DNA of 32,000 nucleotides from positions 2,790,001-2,822,000 of the forward strand of contig NZ_CP015137.1 of the NCBI RefSeq assembly GCF_001644705.1. Reading direction: 5' to 3'. The translations under genes and the position numbers were made by a program. The notes under the pieces are model-generated. The model ran no database searches. It worked only from the letters and a program-made list of their open reading frames with translations, and was not told where the DNA came from. The stretch is from Dickeya solani IPO 2222 (GTDB lineage Bacteria > Pseudomonadota > Gammaproteobacteria > Enterobacterales > Enterobacteriaceae). Positions 9,613 through 18,318 of the stretch are shown piece after piece (position 1 is the first letter of the stretch; every line of letters begins with the position of its first letter).

Positions 9613-10958
9613 TGTCCAGTTTCCCTAACATTCGTTTCCTGACCATTCCCGCCAGCGCGCCGCCGCTGGCCGACCGTCAAGCCATTGATGAAACCTACCG
9701 TTACTGGCGTCGGCATATCCTGATTACGCTGTATTTGGGCTATGCGCTGTTTTACTTCACCCGCAAAAGTTTTAATGCCGCGGTGCCGGAGATCCTCGCC
9801 AGCGGACTGATGGCGCGTACCGATATCGGGCTGCTGGCGACGCTGTTTTACGTGACCTATGGCGTGTCGAAATTTCTCTCCGGTATCGTGAGCGACCGTT
9901 CCAACGCCCGTTACTTCATGGGCATCGGCCTGCTGGCGACCGGCGTGGTGAATATTCTGTTTGGTTTTTCCTCGTCGCTGTGGGCCTTCGCCGTGTTGTG
10001 GATGGCGAACGCTTTTTTTCAGGGCTGGGGCGCGCCGGTGTGCGCCAGGCTGCTTACCAGCTGGTATTCGCGCACCGAGCGCGGCGGCTGGTGGGCGCTG
10101 TGGAATACCGCGCATAACGTGGGCGGCGCGCTGATCCCGATGGTGGTGGGGGCGGCGGCGCTGCATTACGGCTGGCGCGCCGGGATGATGATCGCCGGCT
10201 CGCTGGCGATCGTCGCCGGGCTGTTTTTATGCTGGCGGCTGCGCGACAAGCCGCAGACCCTTGGCCTGCCAAGCGTGGGCGAATGGCGTCAGGATGCGCT
10301 GGAGATCGCCCAGCAGCAGGAGGGCGCCGGGCTGTCGCGCCGGGAAATCCTGCATAAATACGTGTTCACCAACCCGTATATCTGGCTGTTGGCCTGCTGT
10401 TATGTGCTGGTGTACGTGGTGCGCGCCGCCATCAACGACTGGGGCAACCTCTACATGTCGGAAACGCTGGGGGTCGATCTGGTGACTGCCAACTCGGCGG
10501 TGACGATGTTCGAACTGGGCGGGTTTATCGGCGCGCTGGTGGCCGGCTGGGGGTCGGACAAGTTGTTTAACGGCAACCGTGGCCCGATGAACCTGATTTT
10601 TGCCGCCGGCATTTTGCTGTCTGTCGGTTCGCTATGGCTGATGCCGTTCGCCAGCTATGTGATGCAGGCCGCCTGCTTCTTCACTACCGGTTTCTTCGTC
10701 TTCGGCCCGCAAATGCTGATTGGCATGGCGGCGGCCGAATGTTCCCACAAAGATGCCGCCGGCGCCGCCACCGGGTTTGTGGGGCTGTTCGCCTATCTTG
10801 GCGCGTCGCTGTCCGGCTGGCCGCTGGCGCGCATCATGGATGTGTGGCACTGGAGCGGTTTTTTCGCGGTGATCGCCGTGGCGGCCGGTATCTCGGCACT
10901 GCTGTTGTTGCCTTTCCTGCGCGCTTCCTCGCCGCGCGCCACAACCGATGTAGCGTGA
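9612..10958 (+). CDS. uhpC: MFS sugar-phosphate sensor protein UhpC
   Basis: 448 aa MFS organophosphate:Pi antiporter family, paralogous to UhpT. ATG overlaps the uhpB stop (TGATG), with AAGGAG at 9601-9606. The track ORF start at 9351 is an out-of-context extension. Confidence 0.9.
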   Translation: MSSFPNIRFLTIPASAPPLADRQAIDETYRYWRRHILITLYLGYALFYFTRKSFNAAVPEILASGLMARTDIGLLATLFYVTYGVSKFLSGIVSDRSNARYFMGIGLLATGVVNILFGFSSSLWAFAVLWMANAFFQGWGAPVCARLLTSWYSRTERGGWWALWNTAHNVGGALIPMVVGAAALHYGWRAGMMIAGSLAIVAGLFLCWRLRDKPQTLGLPSVGEWRQDALEIAQQQEGAGLSRREILHKYVFTNPYIWLLACCYVLVYVVRAAINDWGNLYMSETLGVDLVTANSAVTMFELGGFIGALVAGWGSDKLFNGNRGPMNLIFAAGILLSVGSLWLMPFASYVMQAACFFTTGFFVFGPQMLIGMAAAECSHKDAAGAATGFVGLFAYLGASLSGWPLARIMDVWHWSGFFAVIAVAAGISALLLLPFLRASSPRATTDVA

Positions 10959-10969
10959 TTCGCTTCACT
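10954..10969. promoter_or_regulatory. candidate CRP site of the uhpT promoter
   Basis: cGTGA-ttcgct-TCACt matches TGTGA-N6-TCACA at 8/10 positions. Centre at 10961.5, which is about -103.5 from the predicted start at ~11065. Confidence 0.5.
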
Positions 10970-10990
10970 CTTTTGTCCTGAATCGGCGAA

Positions 10991-11011
10991 AACCAGGAAA
11001 ATTTCCTAGTT
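10991..11011. promoter_or_regulatory. candidate UhpA-binding inverted repeat
   Basis: aaccAGGAAAaTTTCCTagtt is a 21-bp palindrome with one mismatched pair, centred at 11001, about -64 from the predicted start. Confidence 0.55.
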
Positions 11012-11052
11012 TAAGCAGGACGTTCCCTCAGGCCCGTCTTTTCGGCGCTGCT

Positions 11053-11058
11053 TACAAT
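11053..11058 (+). promoter_or_regulatory. uhpT -10 hexamer (activator-dependent promoter, poor -35)
   Basis: TACAAT. The sequence 17 bp upstream (aggccc) does not resemble TTGACA, as expected for a UhpA/CRP-dependent promoter. Confidence 0.5.
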
Positions 11059-11098
11059 GCGAACAAACATAAGGCCGCGCGAACAAACATAAGGCCGC
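11059..11098. repeat. perfect tandem duplication, 20 bp x2 (gcgaacaaacataaggccgc)
   Basis: 11059-11078 and 11079-11098 are identical. Begins right after the -10, so it covers the predicted transcription start and early 5' UTR of uhpT. Confidence 0.95.
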
Positions 11099-11128
11099 AG
11101 GCCGTCACGTCCCGCAAGAGGAAACATC

Positions 11129-12520
11129 ATGCTCAACTTTCTAACCCAGGTGCGTAAGCCAACGCTGGATCTGCCGCTCGATGTGCGGCGCAAAATGTGG
11201 TTCAAGCCGTTCATGCAATCCTATCTGGTGGTGTTCATCGGCTACCTGACCATGTATTTGATCCGTAAGAACTTCAACATTGCGCAGAACGACATGATCA
11301 GCACCTACGGGTTGAGCATGACGCAGCTCGGCATGATTGGCCTGGGTTTTTCGATAACTTACGGCGTAGGGAAAACGCTGGTGTCCTATTATGCGGACGG
11401 CAAAAACACCAAACAGTTCCTGCCGTTTATGCTGATCCTCTCCGCCATTTGCATGCTCGGTTTCAGCGCCAGCATGGGGACTGGCTCTGTAAGCCTGTTT
11501 TTGATGATCGCGTGCTATGCGTTGAGCGGATTTTTCCAGAGCACCGGCGGGTCGTGCAGCTATTCCACCATCACGAAATGGACGCCGCGCCGCAAACGCG
11601 GCACCTATCTGGGGTTGTGGAATATTTCCCACAACCTCGGCGGCGCGGGCGCGGCGGGTGTGGCGCTGTTCGGCGCCAACTACCTGTTCGACGGCCATGT
11701 TGTCGGGATGTTTATCTTCCCGTCGGTCATCGCGCTGATTGTCGGTTTCATCGGTCTGCGTTTCGGCAGCGACTCCCCGGAAGCCTACGGTCTGGGGAAA
11801 GCGGAAGAGTTGTTTGACGAGGCGCTCTCGGAAGAGGACAAGGAGGCGGAAGACGGCGCCATGACCAAATGGCAGATCTTCGTCGAGTATGTGCTGAAAA
11901 ACAAAGTGATCTGGCTACTGTGTTTCTCCAACATCTTCCTGTACGTGGTGCGCATCGGTATCGACCAGTGGTCTACGGTTTACGCCTATCAGGAACTGAA
12001 GCTGCCGAAATCGGTGGCGATTCAGGGCTTCACGTTGTTTGAGGCTGGCGCATTGGTGGGCACGCTGCTGTGGGGCTGGCTGTCGGATCTTGCCAACGGT
12101 CGCCGCGGGCTGGTGGCCTGCATCGCGCTGGCGTTGATCATCGCAACGCTTGGCGTTTATCAGCATGCCAGCAACCAGTATGTCTATTTGTCGTCGCTGT
12201 TTGCGCTGGGCTTTTTAGTGTTCGGCCCGCAGTTGCTGATTGGCGTGGCCGCCGTCGGTTTTGTGCCGAAGAAAGCCATTAGCGCCGCCGACGGCATCAA
12301 AGGAACGTTCGCCTATCTGATTGGCGACAGCTTCGCCAAGCTGGGGCTGGGCATGATCGCCGACGGCACCCCGGTCTTCGGGCTGACCGGCTGGGCTGGC
12401 ACCTTTGCCGCGCTGGACGCCGCGGCGATCGGCTGTATCTGCCTGATGGCGATAGTGGCGGTGATGGAAGAGCGCAAAATCCGCCGCGAAAAACGCCTGC
12501 GCCAGACGCCAGCGGCCTGA
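11129..12520 (+). CDS. uhpT: hexose-6-phosphate:phosphate antiporter UhpT
   Basis: 463 aa, the same length as E. coli Uhp[35 protein letters not shown]-terminus, MFS fold. AGAGGA SD. Confidence 0.95.
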   Translation: MLNFLTQVRKPTLDLPLDVRRKMWFKPFMQSYLVVFIGYLTMYLIRKNFNIAQNDMISTYGLSMTQLGMIGLGFSITYGVGKTLVSYYADGKNTKQFLPFMLILSAICMLGFSASMGTGSVSLFLMIACYALSGFFQSTGGSCSYSTITKWTPRRKRGTYLGLWNISHNLGGAGAAGVALFGANYLFDGHVVGMFIFPSVIALIVGFIGLRFGSDSPEAYGLGKAEELFDEALSEEDKEAEDGAMTKWQIFVEYVLKNKVIWLLCFSNIFLYVVRIGIDQWSTVYAYQELKLPKSVAIQGFTLFEAGALVGTLLWGWLSDLANGRRGLVACIALALIIATLGVYQHASNQYVYLSSLFALGFLVFGPQLLIGVAAVGFVPKKAISAADGIKGTFAYLIGDSFAKLGLGMIADGTPVFGLTGWAGTFAALDAAAIGCICLMAIVAVMEERKIRREKRLRQTPAA

Positions 12521-12525
12521 TGACT

Positions 12526-12560
12526 CCTGCCGCCGGCGAGGTTGCCGGCGGCGGTTGATG
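12526..12560 (+). terminator. possible terminator after uhpT
   Basis: GC-rich hairpin ctgccgccggc / gccggcggcgg (12527-12554), followed by only a weak T-tract (ttgatgc). Confidence 0.45.
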
Positions 12561-12611
12561 CTCGCTATTGTTTCTCTTTCGCCTGAACGGCCTCTTACGG
12601 AATATTTCCGC

Positions 12612-12627
12612 TTTCTCCACAATTGGC
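12612..12627 (+). promoter_or_regulatory. BaeR-box-like site upstream of spy
   Basis: TTTCTCCACAATTGGC against the E. coli BaeR box as I recall it (TTTTTCTCCATDATTGGC): 15/18 when extended. Overlaps the perfect inverted repeat CACAATTG-gcg-CAATTGTG (12618-12636). Confidence 0.5.
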
Positions 12628-12763
12628 GCAATTGTGAATATCTCCCTTGCAAAGCTTTACCCTAGCCCCCGGTTAACTGAAATTCCCCGGCCTATACTGC
12701 ATCGCAAAGGTTGACGCATTCCGGTGCGTTAATAATTAAAACCGTAACGTGAAGGAAGGTCTT

Positions 12764-13228
12764 ATGTCTAAATTAACTACGATTGTGATTGCCTCTGCGA
12801 TGGCGCTGGGTAGCGTTGGGTTCGCCTACGCGCAGGATAATACCTCGCCGGATCAGGGCGCGCGCATGATGAAACATCATGACGGCGAGCGTGGTGAGCG
12901 CGGCATGGAACATGACATGATGTTTAAAGGGCTGAATCTGACCGACGAGCAGCGTCAGAAAATGCGCGACATCATGGATAACGCCAAAAAGGACCGCGAA
13001 CGGCCTTCGGCTGAGGCGCGTACTGAATGGCACAGCCTGATTGCTGCCGACAGCTTTGATAAAACCAAGGCGGAAGGCGTGGTCAATCAAATGGCTGAAG
13101 CCGGCAAAGCGCATATGCTGAAACGTCTGGAAATCCAGAACAAGATGTACAACGTGCTGACGCCGGAACAGAAAAAACAGTTCAACGACAACTTCGCCAA
13201 ACACCAGAAAGAACCTGCTCCTCAGTGA
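12764..13228 (+). CDS. spy: periplasmic ATP-independent chaperone, Spy/CpxP family
   Basis: 154 aa. Signal peptide MSKLTTIVIASAMALGSVGFAYA|Q. Two LTxxQ motifs (LNLTDEQRQKM, LTPEQKKQF). GAAGGAAGG SD before the ATG at 12764; the track start at 12749 is a GTG inside the SD region. Confidence 0.8.
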   Translation: MSKLTTIVIASAMALGSVGFAYAQDNTSPDQGARMMKHHDGERGERGMEHDMMFKGLNLTDEQRQKMRDIMDNAKKDRERPSAEARTEWHSLIAADSFDKTKAEGVVNQMAEAGKAHMLKRLEIQNKMYNVLTPEQKKQFNDNFAKHQKEPAPQ

Positions 13229-13392
13229 TTTTATCTGAGTCTGTTCAGGATTCTGCGTAAATGCCTGTTTTCAGAAGTGGCCGTCAAGGCGGCCACCGAA
13301 CTCGATAATAAAGCGGCTCATCGCCATTCTTCAGTCCATCCGCGGCATCGTCCATTTCTGAGATGCCGTCTGGATCGCCAGTCATACCACTA

Positions 13393-13540
13393 CTTGAATT
13401 ATTTAGGGTATATACCTTTCATACTTCAAGTTGCAGGTGTGTTGGCTGCGCGCGTTCACCCGAATCACTTACCTGTGTAAGCTCATCGGGATTCACTCAC
13501 TTGCCGCCTTCCTGCAACTCGAATTATTTTGGGTATAGAT
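13393..13540. repeat. ERIC (IRU) element with an extra copy of one terminal arm
   Basis: 13453-13474 matches the complement of ERIC2 (AAGTAAGTGACTGGGGTGAGCG) at 18/22. 13475-13496 matches ERIC1R (ATGTAAGCTCCTGGGGATTCAC) at 19/22. Arms cttcaagttgcagg / cctgcaactcgaa pair. cttgaattatttagggtata (13393-13412) repeats the right end ctcgaattattttgggtata (13519-13538). Confidence 0.85.
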
Positions 13541-13752
13541 TCTTAATCTACAGCTCGGAAACATCACCGGTTTTTTTACGATGATCCCGCCAGGTATTTT
13601 CATTCTATGATTTTTATCTTAATAAAAACAATGTACTGAATAAATAATGAACATTGTATTTATGTTGTTTTTTTTTTAACCGCTAATTAATAATGGATAT
13701 GTTCAGTTTGTTAATGAAATCATGAATAAATACGGGTTAAAGGAGAATTGGC

Positions 13753-15315
13753 ATGAATAAGGGAAGAAGCCTGCTGGCAGGCATTATTGGCAGTTTTATT
13801 ATTATGCTGCCGGTTTCATCAGGAATGGCTGAAGAAGAGGCTCCAACTGCTTCGGTATCGGCGGCGAAAATTGTTACCAAAGCCGATTTTTCTTATACCG
13901 CTAATGTGCTTTCCGTCGCATTTGATGGCGGTCTATCTTCTTTTGATCTCGGTCGTGCTGGTACTTATCAGTGGGATTTTGGTGATGGTACGACATCCAC
14001 CGAAATCAGGCCGCAGCATACTTATGCCAAAGAAGGACTCTATACCGTTTCCCTTACGGTGAAGGATGTCAATGGCCATACCAAAACTGGCCGGGAAAAG
14101 ATATCGGTTCGTTCAGCCAAGACCGGATTCGAGAATGGTTGGCAATTAGGGAGTGAGCGCTCGTATGAGGGAGCGATGCAACCTATGCACATGTGTACTA
14201 CTCAGTCACCGAATTGGGTCAGCATTGTGGATCTGAAGGATGAAGGAATTAGCACGTCTGATATCGTTGGTACTAAGGCGATTAAAAGTTTTTGGACTGA
14301 GACAGGCTATGACTACACGACACATCCAAGACTGAGACGTGGTGCGGAAGCCTGCGCTGGCCCGGATAATGGTACACAAAAAGAGGCGTGGATAGGGTTT
14401 ATGGTGTACCTGCCCTCGAAAGGCTATCCCATGAATAAACGTGGCGGTATTTTCCAGTTGTTTAGTGGTAACGGCAGTTGTACATCATGGGCAGGGATGT
14501 TGACGGTGGTCAATAACAGCCTGATGTTTTCACATCGTACTGGGTGTGTGACGCCAACTGAACCTACCCTCGTTAAGGATATTCCGCGAGATCGCTGGAT
14601 TCCGGTAATTGTTCATGTGGTGGTATCACGTCAGCAGCAAGGTCAGGTCGAGTTATGGTTTGATGGTGCGTCGAAAGATAAGCCGACCTATAGCGCGAAA
14701 AACATCAATTTTGGTTTTGGTGTATGGCGTGATGATGACACCATTGAAGGCCGTATGCATTTTACTTTTGGGCAATATGCCTGGGATGAGTCTAACTACA
14801 CACCTAACGAAACTCGGGTCAACTATTTTGACAATATCCATATTGTCAATGAAGGTCGTGACGATGGCTGGGAGGATGTCAACCCACTGACGGCTCACAA
14901 CCAGTACACCGGCGCACAGGTATGGGCGAACAGGCAGTGGGAAGGCAACGGTGCTCAGCGAGCATTTGATGGTGATATTACCACCAAGTATGCAGCTAAT
15001 GAGAGCAATACACCGCTTTACTTACAATATCGTTTCCCTAAAGGTGAGTCATTACAGGCCGTTCGTTATAAGATCAGCAGCACCGACTCCTCCACAGACA
15101 CACGCTATCCTCGAGACTGGACGTTGCTGGGGTCGAATGATGGCGTGACCTGGAATACGCTTGACCAACAGATGAAGCAGTATTTTGGTAAACGTGCAAC
15201 CCGTGAATTTCAGGTTGCGACACCGGGGGAATATTCCTACTACCGATTGCGTATTGATGCCAATAATGGCGCTAATGGTACAGAAGTCGGTGATATTGTT
15301 TTGTTGGATAAGTAA
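13753..15315 (+). CDS. secreted multidomain protein: signal peptide, PKD domain, concanavalin-like polysaccharide-lyase-like domain, F5/8 type C (discoidin/CBM32-like) domain
   Basis: 520 aa. Signal peptide ...MLPVSSGMA|EEE. PKD signature YQWDFGDGTTS...YTVSLTVKDVNG (~13876-14088). Central WIGFMVYLP / IFQLFSG / RWIPVIVHVVVS..GQVELWFDG / FTFGQYAW pattern resembles the heparinase-I/glucuronan-lyase type 'Polysacc_lyase' fold. C-terminal FDGDITTKY...WTLLGSNDGVTWNTL...YYRLRI (~14935-15306). AGGAG SD. AT-rich gene. Confidence 0.75.
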   Translation: MNKGRSLLAGIIGSFIIMLPVSSGMAEEEAPTASVSAAKIVTKADFSYTANVLSVAFDGGLSSFDLGRAGTYQWDFGDGTTSTEIRPQHTYAKEGLYTVSLTVKDVNGHTKTGREKISVRSAKTGFENGWQLGSERSYEGAMQPMHMCTTQSPNWVSIVDLKDEGISTSDIVGTKAIKSFWTETGYDYTTHPRLRRGAEACAGPDNGTQKEAWIGFMVYLPSKGYPMNKRGGIFQLFSGNGSCTSWAGMLTVVNNSLMFSHRTGCVTPTEPTLVKDIPRDRWIPVIVHVVVSRQQQGQVELWFDGASKDKPTYSAKNINFGFGVWRDDDTIEGRMHFTFGQYAWDESNYTPNETRVNYFDNIHIVNEGRDDGWEDVNPLTAHNQYTGAQVWANRQWEGNGAQRAFDGDITTKYAANESNTPLYLQYRFPKGESLQAVRYKISSTDSSTDTRYPRDWTLLGSNDGVTWNTLDQQMKQYFGKRATREFQVATPGEYSYYRLRIDANNGANGTEVGDIVLLDK

Positions 15316-15326
15316 TTAATCGAAAT

Positions 15327-15366
15327 GTACATCGTCACGCGGGAAATTGGACGCGTGACGATGTAC
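15327..15366. repeat. perfect 15-bp-stem inverted repeat just after the 520-aa gene
   Basis: gtacatcgtcacgcg (15327-15341), 10-nt loop, cgcgtgacgatgtac (15352-15366). No T-tract follows. Confidence 0.9.
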
Positions 15367-15517
15367 TACAACCGAATTGACTTTCACCGCATCGGCTCAC
15401 TCTGTTTTCCACTTTTTGTGTGAATGGCTTTTTCCGGCGGTGCTTTTTGTTTATTAATGGCATGATTGGATTACGTAACGGCATGTATCAAACATTGGTT
15501 GCATAAAGGAGTGTCGC

Positions 15518-16552
15518 GTGAGGTTTTCCTCAGTGTCTCGCATTATTATAGCGGCGTGTATAGTCGGTATAGCTGCAAGCTGTAAACCCGGTTTTCCATC
15601 CCAGGTGTTTGAAGGCAAAACCATGGGCACCTTCTATAGCGTGAAGATCAGCGGAGAGTTGCCGGAAAGTCGTCAGCAGTTACAGCAGGAGATCGATGCC
15701 TTGCTGGAGCAGGCCAACAACGAGATTTCCACCTATCGTAACGACTCGGTGTTGTCCCGCTTTAACCGCGACACCGGCACGGACCCGCAGCCGATCAGCA
15801 ATGGCATGGCGGATATCATTCTGGCCGCGCAGCGTATCGGCCGGGCGACGGGCGGGGCGATGGATATCACCGTGGGGCCGCTGGTCAACCTGTGGGGATT
15901 CGGGCCGCAGAAGCAGCCGGTGGCGATTCCCAGCCAGCAGCAGATTGATGAGGCGCGGCGTAAAGTCGGGCTGAACCATCTTCGCCTTATCAGCGATCAT
16001 CAGGGCGAGTGGTTGCAGAAAGATCTGCCGGGCCTGTATGTGGATCTCTCCACGCTGGGTGAGGGTTACGGCGCGGACCTGCTGGCGCAACTGATGACCC
16101 GCAAAGGCATCACCAACTATCTGGTCTCGGTGGGCGGCGCGATTTCCAGCCGCGGCGTCAACGGGCAGGGTCAACCCTGGCGGGTGGCTATTCAAAAACC
16201 CACCGACAAGGAGAACGCCATTCAAGCGGCGGTCGATCTGCACGGCTACGGTATCAGTACCTCCGGCAGTTACCGCAACTATTTCGAGCTGGAAGGCAAA
16301 CGCTATTCCCATGTTATCGACCCGGCCACCGGTCGGCCGATTACGCATCAGCTGGTTTCTGCCACCGTGATTGCCAGAACCGCGCTGGAGGCGGACGGCT
16401 GGGACACCGGGCTAATGGTGCTGGGCACCGAAAAAGCGTTGAAGCTGGCGGAACAGCAGGGGCTGGCAGTCTATTTGATTACCAAAACCGATAAGGGATT
16501 CGAGGCGGTGATGACGCCGCAGTTCAAAGCGTTTCTGTTGCCGACGCCATAA
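15518..16552 (+). CDS. apbE: FAD:protein FMN transferase ApbE, lipoprotein form
   Basis: 344 aa. GTG start 6 nt after AAGGAG. Lipobox IAAS|C. ApbE hallmarks MGTFYSVK, the GEGYGADL region and HVIDPATGRP. Confidence 0.9.
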   Translation: MRFSSVSRIIIAACIVGIAASCKPGFPSQVFEGKTMGTFYSVKISGELPESRQQLQQEIDALLEQANNEISTYRNDSVLSRFNRDTGTDPQPISNGMADIILAAQRIGRATGGAMDITVGPLVNLWGFGPQKQPVAIPSQQQIDEARRKVGLNHLRLISDHQGEWLQKDLPGLYVDLSTLGEGYGADLLAQLMTRKGITNYLVSVGGAISSRGVNGQGQPWRVAIQKPTDKENAIQAAVDLHGYGISTSGSYRNYFELEGKRYSHVIDPATGRPITHQLVSATVIARTALEADGWDTGLMVLGTEKALKLAEQQGLAVYLITKTDKGFEAVMTPQFKAFLLPTP

Positions 16553-16563
16553 TCAGACAAAAC

Positions 16564-16592
16564 GCCTGATGTCATCCCATCAGGCTCCGTTA
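16564..16592 (+). terminator. possible terminator after apbE
   Basis: gcctgatg (16564-16571) / catcaggc (16578-16585), then tccgttatt (weak T-tract). Confidence 0.45.
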
Positions 16593-16712
16593 TTGCTGGA
16601 TAATCCGGCGCAGCAAACGTACAATCCACCCCGGCTACTTACTCATCAAATTCATATACCTGCATCCTTCTTTTCAGAAGGCGTCATACCCGTGTATTTT
16701 AGATGAGTCGCC

Positions 16713-18149
16713 ATGAATCACTTTATTCTGAATAATCAGCCTGTTTCGGCTGATGTTATTTCACAGCACCTTTCTCGTATGCAAGCAGTCGCCGCCGACT
16801 GTCCGCTGACAATCCCCGAACGTATTTCTATTCTGAATCGCTGTATTGAATTGTTGAAAGCGCATCAGGATGAACTGTGCGAGGCTTACAGTCAGGATTT
16901 CGGCTATCGTGCTCCCGGCAACACGCTGATTTCCGATATTCTCGGCTCCATTGATGCGTTACGTCACTCGGCGCGCCATCTGGAGCAATGGGCGGAGGAA
17001 GAGCAGAGAATCTCGCCGTTTCCCGGCACTCGGGTGGTGGTGGAGTACAAGCCGCTGGGCGTGATTGGCGTCATGAGTCCGTGGAATTTCCCGCTGGTGC
17101 TGACGTTTGGCCCGTTGGCCGGGGTGATCGCCGCCGGTAACCGGGCGATGATTAAGCCCTCCGAACTGGCTGAAAACGGTAGCCGGCTGCTGTGCCGGCT
17201 GATCGCGGAACGGTTCGCCGAAGACGAAATCTCGACATTACAGGGCGGCGTTGAAGCGTCAAAGCGGTTCTCGTCGCTGCCGTTCGACCATCTGGTGTTT
17301 ACCGGCAGTACTGCTACCGGCAGGCAGGTGATGAAGGCCGCGGCGGAAAACCTCACCCCTGTAACGCTGGAGCTGGGCGGCAAATCGCCGGTCATCGTGT
17401 CGCACGGCAGCGACATCGTTCTGGCGGCGCAGCGCATAATGACCGTCAAAACGTTTAATGCCGGGCAGATTTGCATCGCGCCCGACTATGTGCTGGTGCA
17501 CCGGGATGATTTGCCGGCGTTGGTTGAACAGGCCTGTGCGTTTCTGCGCCAGACCTACGGGACGTTTATCGAAAACCGCGAATACACCTCCGTGATCAAT
17601 GCCCGTCAGACCGCACGGCTGAAAGCACTGCTGGATGACGCGCGTAATCAGGGGGCGACACTGGTGTGCGCGACGGCGGAGGCGGACGATTTGTCTCATC
17701 GGCGTATGGCGCCGACGCTGGTGATCAACCCACCGCTCACTGCCCGAATTATGCAGGAGGAAATCTTCGGGCCGTTGCTGCCGGTGATCGCCTATGACCA
17801 TATCGAGCAGTGCCTGACGCTCATCAACGGGATGGATCGTCCGCTGGCGACTTACTATTTCGGCGACAATCAGCAAGAGATCGCGCAGGTCCGGCAGCAT
17901 ACGCTATCCGGTGCGCTGGTCATCAATGATGTCATGAGCCATGTGCTGGTGCATGACATTCCGTTCGGTGGCGTCGGCGCGTCGGGGATGGGGGCTTATC
18001 ACGGCGATATCGGTTTCAAACGGTTCTCGCATGCGCGGCCGGTGTTTTACCAGAGCTCCGGCGGCGAATCCAACCTGCTGATGCGGGCGCCGTTTGATGA
18101 GGTGTCCCGTCGGTTGGTCGCACAATTGATCGACGGAGATATCACTTGA
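16713..18149 (+). CDS. NAD(P)+ aldehyde dehydrogenase, ALDH3 / coniferyl-aldehyde-dehydrogenase-like
   Basis: 478 aa. ELGGKSP glutamate motif and FNAGQICIAPDYVLV catalytic-Cys motif. Size and motif spacing are typical of CALDH-type enzymes. Confidence 0.85.
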   Translation: MNHFILNNQPVSADVISQHLSRMQAVAADCPLTIPERISILNRCIELLKAHQDELCEAYSQDFGYRAPGNTLISDILGSIDALRHSARHLEQWAEEEQRISPFPGTRVVVEYKPLGVIGVMSPWNFPLVLTFGPLAGVIAAGNRAMIKPSELAENGSRLLCRLIAERFAEDEISTLQGGVEASKRFSSLPFDHLVFTGSTATGRQVMKAAAENLTPVTLELGGKSPVIVSHGSDIVLAAQRIMTVKTFNAGQICIAPDYVLVHRDDLPALVEQACAFLRQTYGTFIENREYTSVINARQTARLKALLDDARNQGATLVCATAEADDLSHRRMAPTLVINPPLTARIMQEEIFGPLLPVIAYDHIEQCLTLINGMDRPLATYYFGDNQQEIAQVRQHTLSGALVINDVMSHVLVHDIPFGGVGASGMGAYHGDIGFKRFSHARPVFYQSSGGESNLLMRAPFDEVSRRLVAQLIDGDIT

Positions 18150-18165
18150 GGTGCATCGATTATAT

Positions 18166-18190
18166 AGGCCGCCGCAGGGCGGCCTTTTTA
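18166..18190 (+). terminator. rho-independent terminator after the ALDH gene
   Basis: aggccgcc (18166-18173), loop gcag, ggcggcct (18178-18185), then ttttt. Confidence 0.85.
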
Positions 18191-18318
18191 TGCCGGCAAT
18201 GTATCAGGGAAAGGAATAAATAACTGCGTCGGTAGAGAATATAGGCTTACAAAAAACAAGGAGAACCAACAGCAGTATTCTGGACAGGGTAATTATGAAC
18301 CGGTGTTTTATTTATTGC

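Noticed and set aside
12590-12660. CpxR box (GTAAA-N5-GTAAA) upstream of spy
   Set aside because: Only imperfect half-sites with wrong spacing are present (ggaaa…gtaag, 11-bp offset). No site is called.
13277-13584. Two small ORFs (67 and 73 aa) after spy
   Set aside because: They lie within the ERIC repeat and hairpin region. ERIC is a known non-coding element.
15680-16348. 222-aa antisense ORF within apbE, and similar ones at 17259..17900 and 8055..8561
   Set aside because: The same reasoning applies: they are antisense shadows of confidently assigned genes in GC-rich DNA.
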